Below, piece after piece: positions 29,956 to 53,974 of a DNA stretch of 64,000 bases. Position 1 is the first letter of the stretch; every line of letters starts with the position of its first letter. The position numbers and the translations under genes are program-made. The notes under the pieces are model-generated. The model saw nothing but the letters and a program-made list of their open reading frames with translations, was not told the DNA's origin and ran no database searches. Source of the DNA: Salpingoeca rosetta (taxonomy: Eukaryota > Protista > Choanoflagellata); assembly GCA_033442325.1 (NCBI GenBank), contig JAWQFM010000018.1, forward strand, positions 62,001 to 126,000, given 5' to 3'.

Positions 29956-30583
29956 TTAGTTGGGAGGAGGAGGAGGAGGAGCAGTGGTTGTGGGAACCGC
30001 GCCGCTGCCGTTGGCGGGAGCAACAGTCGGCACTGGCCGCGGCACACCAAGACCCGCACCAAGCCCGCCCTGCTGCTGTTGTTGCTGCTGCTGATGTTGC
30101 AAGAGAGCTTGTAACTGTTGTGGGTTCAAGGGAGCGCCAAAAGCACCGCCAGCCACCGCCGCAGCGTCAGCCGCAGTCGTCGTCGTGCCGGGCACATGCA
30201 GCCACTGCTGCTGCTGCTGCTGTTGGTGGTGGTGCTGTGGCTGTTGGGGTGGTGGTGGTACCACGTTGGCTGTGGTTATGGGGAGCGGGGCCTGGCCAGG
30301 GAGGCTGGAGGCCGCGGTGCTGAACATGAATGGCATGCGTGGATAGCCAAGCATCTGCGGAAACTGCTGCATACCGTATCCCGGCACCTGGGCCATGGGG
30401 CCTGCGCCAAGCATGTTCGGGAAGAACGGCGTCAGCCCACCAGGGGGCACTTGCCCATACTGCCCTTGCTGCTGCTGCGGCTGCAACTGCTGCTGTGGCA
30501 TTGCACTCATCATCTGCATCATCTGCATGTACATGTTATGCGGCTGGGGCATGCCTTCTAGCTGCTGCTGGTGTTGTTGCTGT

Positions 30584-30615
<32 letters not shown>

Positions 30616-30992
30616 TTGCTGGTGCTGCTGGTGTTGCTGCGGCACACCACCAAACCCATGCATCATCATGCCGTGCATGTGCGGGTGCATGACCTGGGCC
30701 TGGCTCAGCCCCGCCTGCATGGGGATGGACGTCGCGTGTGGGTCAAAGCCGGTGTGCTGCGGCTGCTGCTGCTGCTGCAGGTGCTGCCCATGCTTGGGCA
30801 GCTGGGCCGCTGTGGCCTTGGCGGTACGGTCCATACAGTGCTTCTCCATGTGCATGGTGAGCGACGACTTTTGGGTGAACCGTGTCCCGCACACCTCGCA
30901 CTTATACGGGCGCTCCTTCGTGTGCACCCGGCTGTGTCGGACAAGCTGTACCAGAGTCAAACGGACATGCAAAAGTATGTGAGTGTGAGTAT

Positions 30993-31030
<38 letters not shown>

Positions 31031-31293
31031 CTGTAGCCATGAACATGTCAGCAAGGGCACCATGTACACTTCCCTCACATCATCCCACAGCACAATGCAA
31101 CCTCCAGGCTGCAATATCATGTGCACACACACGCATGCACGCACACAGACGGACAAACGCACCTTGCTCTGGCTTGGGAATTCCTTCTTGCAATGCAGAC
31201 AGCGGTGTGTTTTCTACACAGTGGGGCACCAACACGGATGAGAAAAAGGCGAGCAAGCGGTGATTCGGCGGAAAAGCAGGACATTGACCTTCA

Positions 31294-31343
<50 letters not shown>

Positions 31344-33114
31344 CACACATTACGCACAATCACACACGCACGAAAACGTGTGTACTCACGAGGGCGCGTT
31401 CGTCGGAGTAGACGATGGTGTGGCCGACGAGGATGGTCATGCCAGACTCCACGCTCTGCACTGTCACGGGGATCTTCTTCACCATCACCATCCCGCGCTG
31501 CATCTCTTGCTCTTCCTCTTCCTCTTCCTCCTCGGCAACAGCACCTGCAGCTTGCGCGTACATTTGCTTCTGCTGCGTCTGCTGCTGCTGCTGGTGTTGT
31601 GCTGGTTGGAGGGCCGCGTGCGCCACGTGCGCGGTTGAGACGGTGCCGGGTTGCAGCCCCTGCTGCGGCTGTGGCAGCAAGTCTGCAGACGAGCTCCGCC
31701 CTTGCTTGGACAGGAACGCGTGCTGCAGCTTACTGCTGGGCGCGTGCGGGTCCACAAACTCTGCCTTTGCCTTCTTGGGGGTGTGGCCACCATCATCAGC
31801 GCGGCGCTTCAGCGTGTCTGTCTTCATCTTTGGGGCCTGGCCCGGCTGGCTGACATGCTCGGGCTCCACGCTGGCTTCGGTCTTGACAGCAACTTGTTTC
31901 AGCACGCGCGCGGTGTCCCGTTGTGTGTGCGCCTGTGCGCGTGTGCCACGGGTGTGCCTGTGACCGCGGTTGCGACCGGCACTGCTTGAGCCAGACGAGG
32001 AGGAGGAGGAGGAGGAGGAGTCACTGTCATCGTCGTCGTCTTCATCGTCTTGGTCGTCAACACGGCGGTGAACTGCTGTTGCTGCTGTCGTCGCTGCTGT
32101 CGGTGGTGCTGTTGCGGCAGCTTGTGTGACGCTTGCTGCGGGCGCCTCTGCCTCTGGAGCAGGCACCATCTCGTCACGGCTGGCCGTACCCCCGCTGACG
32201 CTGACGCTGGCAAAGCTGGCCCGGCGGTCCGCTGCCAGGGTGCCGAGTCGCTCGCGCAGGAGTGCCCTCTGCTCCTCCTCGCTCATGTCCTCCGTGGGCT
32301 CGTAGTCTGCATCGCCCTCCTCCGCTTCATGCTGCTCATGCTGCTGCTCCTGCTGCGGTGCGTGAACGCCGATGGCGGGCGGCGCGGCGCTGTCCGTGGC
32401 ATTACCACTGGTGCCGTTGGAAGCCTTGCTTGGGGACCGCACGGTCGCTGCTGTGGTGGTGACCCCAGCCTCCTTGCTGTTGCTGTCGTTGTCGGACTTG
32501 GCGGCTGCGGCTGCGCGCACCACGGCGGTGGTGCGAATGGCGGAAGTGATCGCACTGGCAGCAGCATCGTCGGCGACGTCACTGGTGCGGCCATGTGCGC
32601 CGAGGCGGTCACGGGCGCGGCTGTTGGGGCCGGGCTGGCCGTTGTGGCCCGGTGATGTGCAAGCGCTGATGTAGCCGCCACCGCCTCGAGACAAAGGGGT
32701 GTGGCGCCCTGTGTTCGCGTCCTGGGCGCCCAAACTGCCGATGGCGTGCGTGGTGGTGCTGGTTCCTGGGATGTCGTCGCAGCCATCGCAGGCCGGCTGT
32801 GCCTGTGTGCGACTGCGCATGGACACGCCGTGAAATGCCTTCAGGCCGGGCTGTGCACAGGAGGTGTGGCATTGAGCTGCGCGGATCGAGGCTGCAAGAG
32901 CCTGGCGTCGCGGGGCACTGGCAATGTCGCGCATGGCAGTGCTGACGGTGCTGACGGTGTTGTTGCCAGTGGTGTTGCTGCAGTCGTGACGAAGCAGGCG
33001 GAGCAGTGGTTTGGCGTGTCTTCGAGATCGTGGAGAACGCAGTGCCTGTGCTTGTGCCTGTGCTTGTGAATAGGGGAAATTGCTTGATGGCTCTTCTGAG
33101 GGGAGCTGGTCCAT
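29956..33114 (-). CDS. C2H2 zinc-finger transcription factor (2 fingers) with long disordered N-terminus and Q/M/P-rich C-terminus
   Basis: Exons ~31390-33114, 31163-31213, 29956-30945 join in phase: ...ERAL|KTHRCLHCKKEFPSQSK|LVRHSRVHTKERPYKCEVCGTRFTQKSSLTMHMEKH, with a Kruppel-type linker HTKERPY. The start codon is uncertain. Confidence 0.85.
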
Positions 33115-34495
33115 GCTACGCCAAAGGGAAAGCGGAGAGCCAAGGGGGGAGACATGCAAATGCACGGACAAAGAAGTGTGAGCCGAGGTTGTTGCAACCG
33201 TGTGATGTTGGGGGAAATGCAAAGTCGCGCGTTGATGGTGGTGGTGGTGGTGGTGGTGGTGGTGAGCAGGGGTGGAAAGATGAAGTTTGATGGGAGAAAG
33301 ATGGAGAGGTCATGGGTGAAGGCGCCGCGTGCGCGCACGCATGCATGTATTGATGTAGGCAAGCAAGCACACAAGCACAAAGCCAGAGAGAGAGAGAACC
33401 AACAGCTGGATGGACACAAAGGTCGGACGGTCGGATGGAAGAAGTGAGGAAAGGGAGAAGTGTTGGGGGGGTGCGAACTGGTGTGCGCCAACCAAACGGA
33501 AACAGACGGTGCAAACAAGAAGGAGAGACGAAGAGGCGACACAAGAAGTGCACCCGGTCAATGATGGTGCACGCAGGACTTTAGCAACGATAGAGAAAGA
33601 GAACACAGCAACGATAGAGAAAGAGAGCACAGCAACGATGGAGCTGCCGCCCACCAACCACCCCGGGCAACAACATGCAGCGTGAGGGAAGGGAGGGAGG
33701 GAGGAGTGTGCTAGTGCTTGAATGAGGGAGGGGGAAACGGAAGAGGATGGAGAGGGGGGAAGGGAGGATAGGATGGTCAAACATGCTACTTGGAGCCTGG
33801 TGAACACCCTTTCCCTTCCACCAGCACCTGGTGGTGGGAAAGTGCGTGACTTTGTCGTGTGTGTGCGTGTGTGTGTGTGACGACATACACACACCCACGC
33901 AAAAGCAAGCAAATGCGCTCGCTCACCTTGGTCGATTACACCTCGCGTGCGCAACAAGGGGACAAGAAGGTGGTTTATGGGTGTGGTGTAAACGTCAGCT
34001 TGCTTGTTCTGGTCGCTCAGCCGCTGATGGTGGTGGCTGGGTGGTGCTGGTGGTGCCTGTATCCGTGTTGGTTCGGTTCGTTCGTTCCAAGCAAGGAAGG
34101 ACGGCTAGAGGTGGGTTGCAATTGCGGAGCGGTGGTGGATGAATGAGCAACACCAAACCAACCAATTCGGCTGCCCGGAGCCTTCGGTTGGCCCAGCAGG
34201 AGACCACGCCTTGCGTCTTGGAGGACGTGTGTTTGCTGCCTTGTTGCTTGTTGTTGTTGGTTGAAGGTTGTCTAGGCTCGAGAGGTGTGTGTGAACGAGT
34301 TCCCAAAACGACGGCGTGCGACGCTGGTTGTTGTATTTCAGCCATGCGTCACCAAACCCAACCCCGCCTGCCCTCCGGGACACAACGATGCCTCGTAGGC
34401 CCTCTTGCTTTTGGTTGTATTGCGTACGGCCTTGAAAGTGGGACCTTGCACCCTTCAGACAGCCCAACAAGCATGACGTCAGCGCACCAAACATG

Positions 34496-45475
<10,980 letters not shown>

Positions 45476-46134
45476 GATGGGTGCAAGCGAAAGATCACGC
45501 ACTCAAGCACCAAGGAATCGAGAATATACGAAGGAAGGCGATGACGCTTGTCACAGAGGTCAGGGAAGGGTTCAACACTGGCTTGTTGCTTGACAGCTTC
45601 CTCCTCAAAGCAGGCTGCAAACGTGGAGTGCGCGAGATTGAGGAACGGTTGAGATCGTCGTGCGCCACGCCAATACATATGCCAACACAAGGACAGCGAG
45701 GGAAACGTAAATGATGAGCAGACAGATCGATCGCCAGTGTTATGATTATGATGATGTGATGCAGAGAGTCCATCAAACTCATATCAACCACAAACAGAAG
45801 CAACAAGTAACCAACCACACACACACAAACAAACAAACAAACAACCAACCAACACAACGCCGTTCTCGCACTGACAAGGGCAGCCACAAACGACAGAAGG
45901 ACAGACGAATGGATGATGAGTTATGTGCCAGTCGAAGGTTATGTTACACGCCAACTATCGACAACAACATGCACTATCGACCTTTCACTGTCTGTCGATC
46001 CGGGTTGCTGTTTGGAGAATTGTACGGAGATTTCCGCCGATTTTCGGCGATCCGCAACAGCGCATCAACGGGTGGGGAGCAAGAAGGATGACTCGTGGGG
46101 GTGGTGTGGTGTGCTGGTGTTGTGACCATGATCA

Positions 46135-46243
<109 letters not shown>

Positions 46244-46811
46244 TTGTGTATGTGTGTGTGTGTATGTGTGTATATGTGTGTCTGTGCGTGTACATGAATA
46301 TGAATGGATGCATTGACAAATTATCGCACACGCATGGCGGTGTGCGGGTGTTTGCTGCGTGTTTGTTGGCTGAAGTGTCCTCTGTTCCCTCTCCCTCCCT
46401 CTCCCTCTTCGTCCTTCTCCCTTTGCTCGCATGAGTGGTCGCCCTGAAACAATGCTTGTTTGTGCTGGTGGATCATGTGATGTGACATACTGGTCTTGAG
46501 GGTTGAGGTGATAAACACACTCTCTATTCGTGTGGCGATGACACCGGCTTTGTTCACTCTTCGCTGTGCTGTGTGCTGTGCGTTGTGCTGTGTTTGCGTG
46601 TGCGTTGTATGTCCACTGTGTCTGCGTACATGTGCAAGTGTGGCTGTCACCGTCCGGTTCGCTGTAGCCACTGCCTCTCTCTGAGACGATATGGCCTTGT
46701 CGATTGTCCTTCTTCATTCATTTTTTTTCGACACCGATTCACGTTCGTCCCCAACCAGCCGCTTTGAACTGGCCTTGCACTCACTCACTCATTCGTGCCT
46801 GCCTGTCGACC

Positions 46812-47429
46812 ATGCTTGGCGTCGCCGTGCCTGACATGAACAGCGAACCAGATATGAGCGAACCATGGGAGAAGATCCACTCGAACATAGAGCAGCAAGT
46901 GCCGAATGACGTGTACTCGTTTCGTGCCGTGCACTTGGCCCAAATGCTCATCGAGGGCCCACCAAACTCCGACTCGCAAGTGCGTGTGTCTGTCTGTCTG
47001 TCTGTCTGCCTGTGTATGTGTGTCTGTGTGTCTGTGTATGTGTGTGTCTGTGTGTCTGTGTCTGTGTCTGTGTGTGATCGACACCGCCTTGTGTCGATTC
47101 AGGAGCCCTGCTGCTGCTGCTTCTGCAGTCTGTGCATCCCCAAGCAACTCACACGTTGATGCGGTGTACACTGCTGCTCCTCCTCCTGTTGGCTGCACAC
47201 CATACCCTGCAGTTTGTTGTGACATTGCACCCACCCAGGCCCCAGAACACCACACAATCCGAAGTCCTCGACTACGCCACATTTCAGAAGGTGTGTGTGT
47301 GTGTGTGTGTGTGTGTGCGTCCGCCGTTGTTTGTGGCTCCTCTTACGCGTGCTCTGTTCACTTGCGGATGCTTGTTCACCTCGTCTTGCACGAGTCACTT
47401 TGAGCACAGCAGCTGTCTTCGCTCCTCCT

Positions 47430-47460
<31 letters not shown>

Positions 47461-47461
47461 T

Positions 47462-47521
<60 letters not shown>

Positions 47522-50159
47522 TGCACACGTCTTGTGTGCGCGCGAACGGGTGTGCTGAGCAGAAGTTTGCGCAGCTAACGGCGCGGCAGTGCTCGGATGC
47601 GCTCAAGGTTGAGGCGGCCACGATCCTGCAACGGTCTGCCAACGAGATACAATGCGTCGGCTGCCGGCGCAGCTTTACCACCTTCCTCACCGCCCTCCAG
47701 ACACACTTTCCGCGCGCCCTCTGGGTTGGTGGCAACACTAGTGGTGGTGGTGGTGGTGGTGGTGGTGGTGGTGGTGGTGGTGGTGGTGGCGTGTTTGTGT
47801 GTCTCTGTGTGTCTGTGTCTGTGTCTGTCTGTGTTTCTGTCTCTCTGTCTTTCTGTCCCTCTGCCCCTCTGTCTGCCCAATCGTCAGGCTGTCCGTCCGG
47901 CTGTTAACTAGCACGCTCACAACACATATTCCCACATACCCTTCAGCCGCTTGATGTTGGGAAGCGATGGATTCGCGTGCACCCGCAGCACCACTCCGCC
48001 AGGGAATGTTACCAGCTCCTGCAGTGGGCAAGGTGCGCTCGTGGTGTCGTGGTCGGAGTGGTCGTGATCATGGTGCCCTTGCTGACAACACCACCTACCT
48101 AAACCTCCTTCCCTCCACATCCCTCCTCACATGATCACACACATGCATACACACACACACACACACACAGGACGGAGCGGTGGGGGGCTGAGCAGCGTGG
48201 GCGGCGGCGCAACATGCGATGTCGACTGCACGCCATGGACACGCGCAAGAACCAGCAGAGCGCGACCACGTGGATGGAGGCGTGGGAAATGGTGTCCATG
48301 CAGTGCCGCCGAGACATTGTGACGGTGGACTCTGACACGTTTCTCACCGCCCTGGAGCACTACCTCGACAAGCACGAGTTTTGCGACGAGTGCAGAGACA
48401 AGGTCGCCGCCACCCACCCGCATGGGGATGGGAGAGTGGATGGATATGGCGCAGTGTGGTTGCATTTGCTTCCTTGCTTCCTTGCTTCCTTGCTTCCTTC
48501 CTTGCTTGCTTCCTTCCTTGCTTGCTTCGGTTGCTTCCTTGCGCGTGACTGCTTGCCATGAGATTGCTCGCAATCACGACACTCATTGAACATTACTGTC
48601 CCCCCTCCCCAAATTGAATTTGCTTGCATGCGATGCGCTGCAGATGTTTCATACGTCCGACATTCTGTTTGGAAAAACGACTGCAAACGCAGACGGCACG
48701 TGCGTACACTCTTACCTTTGTTTGCAGCCGTTTGTTTCATCGGTGCCTGTGTCTGTGAGTGAGTCATTTGTTTGGGTGTCTGGATTTTGTGTATACTTGC
48801 CAGTATTTTGGCTGCACTGACGCCACCGCCTTCGCCCCTCCCCCTCCTCCACACGTCTCCCTTGCTTTGGAGCATAGGTACCAGCCCGAGATCTTCAACG
48901 GAGTGACGTACTGCGCCACGTACTGCCATCTCCACGTCGACACGACCACACACTGCATCGCACATCTCATCAGTGCGTACGCATGCATATCGCGGCGACC
49001 GCTCCGTTTGTGCTGCTGATGATGGCACATACACACACACAAACAAATACACACAAGCACCCACCCGCTCACTCTTGTGTGTATGTGTGTGTGTGTGTGT
49101 TTGTGTGTGTGTGTGCAGCGAACTCGCATTCACTTTCACTCTCACTCACATACACACACGCACTCACACACTCACACATGCACTCGCACACACACACACA
49201 CACACTCACACTCTCCCTCACTCCCTCACTCACTCACTCACACACACTCACTCACACACACTCACTCACACACACACACACTCCCTCACTCACTCACACT
49301 CACACTCACACTCACGCACGCACTCACGCACGCACGCATACACACACGCGCACTCCCTGGCGTGCACCAGGCCGGGCGATGGCGGATCTTGTGAACGGCG
49401 AGCGGCACGCGACAACGACGGAGCAGGCCCAACGCGAACTGCTCATCTGCCTGGGATACGTTCTCCACGAACGCCTGCAGCACCTCTGGACCGTACGTCT
49501 ACATGTGCCTCTTGGCTGGCGCTGCTGCTGCTGCTTGCTGCTTGCTGCTTGCTTTGTGTTTTTCTGTGGAGAAGTTGCTTGGGCCATGCAGCGCTTTGAA
49601 GGTTGGTGCCAGACTGAACGTGAAGACAACCACGCCCGCACCCGTTTGCGCTCACTCACTCACGTGCTCACGTGCTTGCACATGTACGCGTGACTGCCCC
49701 TTGGTGTGGCGTGTGAACAGCGGATCAAGGCGGCTGAGCAGTCTGCGCTGCAGCTGCAGCAGCTGGTGGCGCGGGAGATGTGGCGGGCCGTGGAGACGGG
49801 CGGAAACACGAGGACGCAGCTCTCCGTCTCGGAGCTCATGGAGGAGTTTGACAGCATGGACGCCGCAAAGAAGGCGAAGAACAAGGCAAAGACGAAAGGC
49901 AAGGGGAAGAGCAAAGGGAACAAGCAGCAGCAACAGCAGCAGCGCCAAAGCAGTGCGCCAGAAGCTGGCAGTGGCAATGGTGCAAAGGTAAACAACAACA
50001 ACAACAGCAGCAGCAGCAGCAGCAATAGCATTAGCAATCGCAGCAAAACGGCTGGTGATGCTGCTGAAGCCGGCGGTGGTGAGCACAAGTGCAAACGGCA
50101 AACTGGTGCAACCACACCCGCGATCGAAGGTGGCAACAGCAACGCACCCCGAAACAAGC

Positions 50160-50209
<50 letters not shown>

Positions 50210-50734
50210 GAGAAGCAGAAGCAGAAGCAGAAGCAGAAGCAACACGAGTGTGACCATGCGCGTGCACGGATACGGGATGGTGGCGGCAGCGACGGTGCAA
50301 GCGTGTGCATTGACACCGTGCTTTCGACGCCGTCGCTGCAAGAGCTTGCTGCTGACCTGTACGACCATGGTGATGCTGATGACGAGGGCAGCGATGAGAC
50401 GGACAGCGGCAACCCCGACGGCGACGAAAGCGGTGTTGGGCATGCGAGCAGCAGCAGCCGAAGTAGCAGCAGCAGGCAGAGCGGCAACTGCAGCGGCCGG
50501 GGAAGCAACGCCAATGGTAAACAAGGCAGACACACGCCTGCAAAGCTGGCAGCGGGCCCACCACCCGATGGTGGCGGTGAGGAGCTCGTGTTCCCCGTGC
50601 CGAAGACGCTGCATGTTCGGTATCACGACCCCGCAGAGGCGAGCGAGTGGTGGAAGCGCTATGATGAGCCGTTCGAGGGCAGCAGCCCGGAGTTTGACGA
50701 CGACGACCACGACGATGACGATGAAGGTGACGAC

Positions 50735-50795
<61 letters not shown>

Positions 50796-51162
50796 CTGAT
50801 CGTGATGATGATGGCGATGGTGAGGCCAGGGAGAGCGATGGCTTTGTTGAGGTGGGGAAGGGAGGGAAGCATGGTGCAGGACAGACCCGCGGTGCACGAC
50901 AGAAGGCACCGTCACCGCATCTCCTGGAGAAAGGCAACAAGCCAGACAGCAGGAGCAGCATGGCGAAGGAGAAGACAACGAAGGACAACAAGCAACAGCA
51001 GCAGCAGGAGGATAAGAAGAATAACAAGCAAGGCAAGAGGAAGGTTGAAGAGCGGCATTTGGCTGCAGCACACGACATGCTGTGTGAACTCGGTTGGGAC
51101 AACGACCTCGAGGCCACAACTGTACGTGGGGCGTGTGTGTCTGTGTGTGCGTGTGTATGTGT

Positions 51163-51203
<41 letters not shown>

Positions 51204-51224
51204 TGTGTCTGTGTGTGTGTCTGT

Positions 51225-51256
<32 letters not shown>

Positions 51257-51760
51257 CTGTGTGTCTAGCTGTGTGTGTGTGTGTCTGTGTGTCTACCTGT
51301 CTGTGTGTCTGTGTGTCACTGCCAACGCCTCTAGTGTTTGTCGCTTCTCCCTGTCTTCAGTCCCTGTCCCTTCGTCCCTGTCTCTACTAACATGTGCTAC
51401 TTTACTTTTCCTTCCACTCCTCCACGCACCCCCACCACCACCACCACCACCACCACCACCACGCTCACTCTGCAACCGTTGCTGCAGGATGAGATTGAGG
51501 CGAGCCGGGTCAAGGCGAGAGCGCAGTTTGAGCGGTTCCTGGCCAGGGGACTTGTATCATATTGGGGTGATGATGATGGTGATGATGTTGATGGAGATGG
51601 TGCTGATAGAGACGCGAACGCAAAAGCGAATGCGAACACGAACGACGACGTGGAGAACAACAACAGCAGCCACAAAGACCACAGCACCAACACCAACAGC
51701 GGCGGCAGTAGCAGCAGCAGCAGCAGCAAGAAGAAGAAGAAGAAAAAGAAGCGGAAGTAA
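46812..51760 (+). CDS. GGNBP2: Gametogenetin-binding protein 2 homolog
   Basis: [60 protein letters not shown] and [30 protein letters not shown] follow human GGNBP2 motifs in order. Long low-complexity C-terminus with ELGW and RAQFERFL; ends KKKKRK*. Confidence 0.9.
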
Positions 51761-51954
51761 TTGGCATATCACGGTTGTTCAGTTGCCATCCACTGCGACC
51801 TGCATCAACATCACCTCCCCTGCACTGTCACCATTCTTTCGTGTAACTATGCAAGCACAACTAGTGGATGTACTTTGCTTACTTTTTGTTTTGTTTTTTT
51901 CAGTCAAGGAAGGCAAGCCAAACAGTTCCTCGCTTCTTTGGACAGTTACCACCT

Positions 51955-52031
<77 letters not shown>

Positions 52032-52585
52032 GAAGAGGCCAGCGTGTTGTTTGTTTTCTTCCCCCACTCCCTTCCGCCTCTCGCTCTCAATAAACCAAGC
52101 CCCTGAATTGAAACATTGTCTCAATCACTATCTCCCTTCTGCGATGATGCATTGACAAGATTGCTACGCCGTGTTTATGCCAGATGACGGAAAAGGACGA
52201 CAGAACGGGCAACAAACACACAGGTACGCCTACAGCGACAGCAACCGACAATGCAAAGTGCAGCAGAGCGGGTTGGTTGTGCAACTGAGGACAAACTGGA
52301 AAAGTGGGAGCAAAGCGGCGCAGCACTACATTTGTGTCAATTGGGGTTTTGGCGTTTGGAAAAGAGGGTGGGGGATGGAGTTGCTCTTGCTCGTCACCAA
52401 GGAAGAGACAAAGAGACTTGCTGATTGATAAAAGAGGAAACACAAGAAGAGGAGGGGGAAAAGAAGAAACACACAAGGCAGTGGAAGTGAGTCAGAGGAC
52501 GATGAAGCCTCCTTCACCTCTTCACAGACCTCATGCAACAGCACACGACGCAATCACGCAACAAAAATCCATGGTCGGCAACAGC

Positions 52586-53974
52586 TTAGTAGCCGCTGGA
52601 GTTGTTGGACACAGCCTGTATGAAGTAACACCGCAACAATAACAACACATGAGACAGTGGGTGAGTCGGTGAGTCGGTGGGTGGGGAGGAAAGAGCAAGC
52701 AGGCGAGTGTTTCATCAACGTTCGCGTGCACAAGCACCAACGTGCGTGGCTGTTGGGCTGATGATACGCATGGCGCAGAACAACGCAACCCAAACAACTC
52801 GAGCAATCAAGCAAGGCGGGCGCTCACCACAACAACCACAACACAATCATCACACACAAACACACACAATCATCACACGCCACGAAAAACCACAAACGTA
52901 CGCGGGTCTTGTCGACAGAGTTGATGGTGCGTGGGGGCTTGGGTGCCTGGAGGGCGGCGGAGACAGCGGAGGAGGAGGCGTCAATGTTGGGGCGGCCCTC
53001 AGCCTTGGCAAACTCGCGCTTGTTGAAGGTGGGATCCGGGACGCTGGTGGCGTGGGCAATCGACTGTGAGGAGCTGTCAATCGTGGGGGCGGCGTCGCCA
53101 CCCTTGTTGATGGAGAGAGATGCCTTCTGGGAGGTCTGGCCAGTCTGGGCTGTCAATTGGGAGAGGAGGGAAAGACAAAACAGACGGACAGGCAATAGAG
53201 CGATGTTCATTCAACACGAGGTACAGCAGAAGAAGAAAAAAACAAGACAGAGCATTGATTAGCTTGATTGATTGAATGAAGGGCTGAGGGGGGGGGGGAG
53301 TAACAATGCATGTGTGCGGGTGCGGGTGGGTGTGAGTGTGCGGGTGCTGTAAAACGGTTTGGGTGGCTGGTGGGTGGGGAAGGGGGGTGTGGCGCGGCTC
53401 AGTCGAAACACAAGTTGTGATGTGATGATGGCTTGTTGTTTGTGTTGTGTGGGGTTCGCTGATGTTGGTTGTCTGTCGAGCCATCACCGCCAGCCAATCC
53501 ATCACCAAGCAGCTGCTCATGGAAAAAAACGGCGCGTCCGTGTCATCAACCAAACTGTTCACACACACACACACGCACACACACACACGACCGCGGCACC
53601 ACAGCCACAAACAAGCTGTCCATGCTGTCGCTGCTGCCACATGGCTTCGCACTCCCTTTGCGTGCTGTGCACGCTTCGCTTCTCTTCACTTCCACATCTG
53701 TTGGCTGATGTTGTTGTCTCTCTCCGTTTGCATGCCATCGTCCTCCGCGCCACCCACCATCTTCGCGATATGTAGCCGCATGCAAAAAGCACGACAATCG
53801 CGCCAACCATCGCGCACACCTGCTTCACTTGCACCTTGCGACAGCCGCTCAAACACAAAGCAAAGAAAGGCAATGAAGCCACCACTTACACATGGCGTGC
53901 TTGACACCGACGGAATCGGCGGGGATGGTGCCACCGGGGCGCACCTGCCACTTGTACTCCTTCTTCTCAGACAT
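52586..53974 (-). CDS. Unknown 120-aa protein with three internal repeats
   Basis: Exons 53890-53974, 52902-53149 and 52586-52615 (85+248+30=363 nt) join in phase at canonical sites from ATG to TAA. Third codon positions are strongly C/G biased. Confidence 0.75.

Noticed and set aside
30395-30982. Poly-Cys ORF beside the copper genes (possible metallothionein)
   Set aside because: It is the antisense reading of the zinc-finger polyQ (CAG/CAA) exon.
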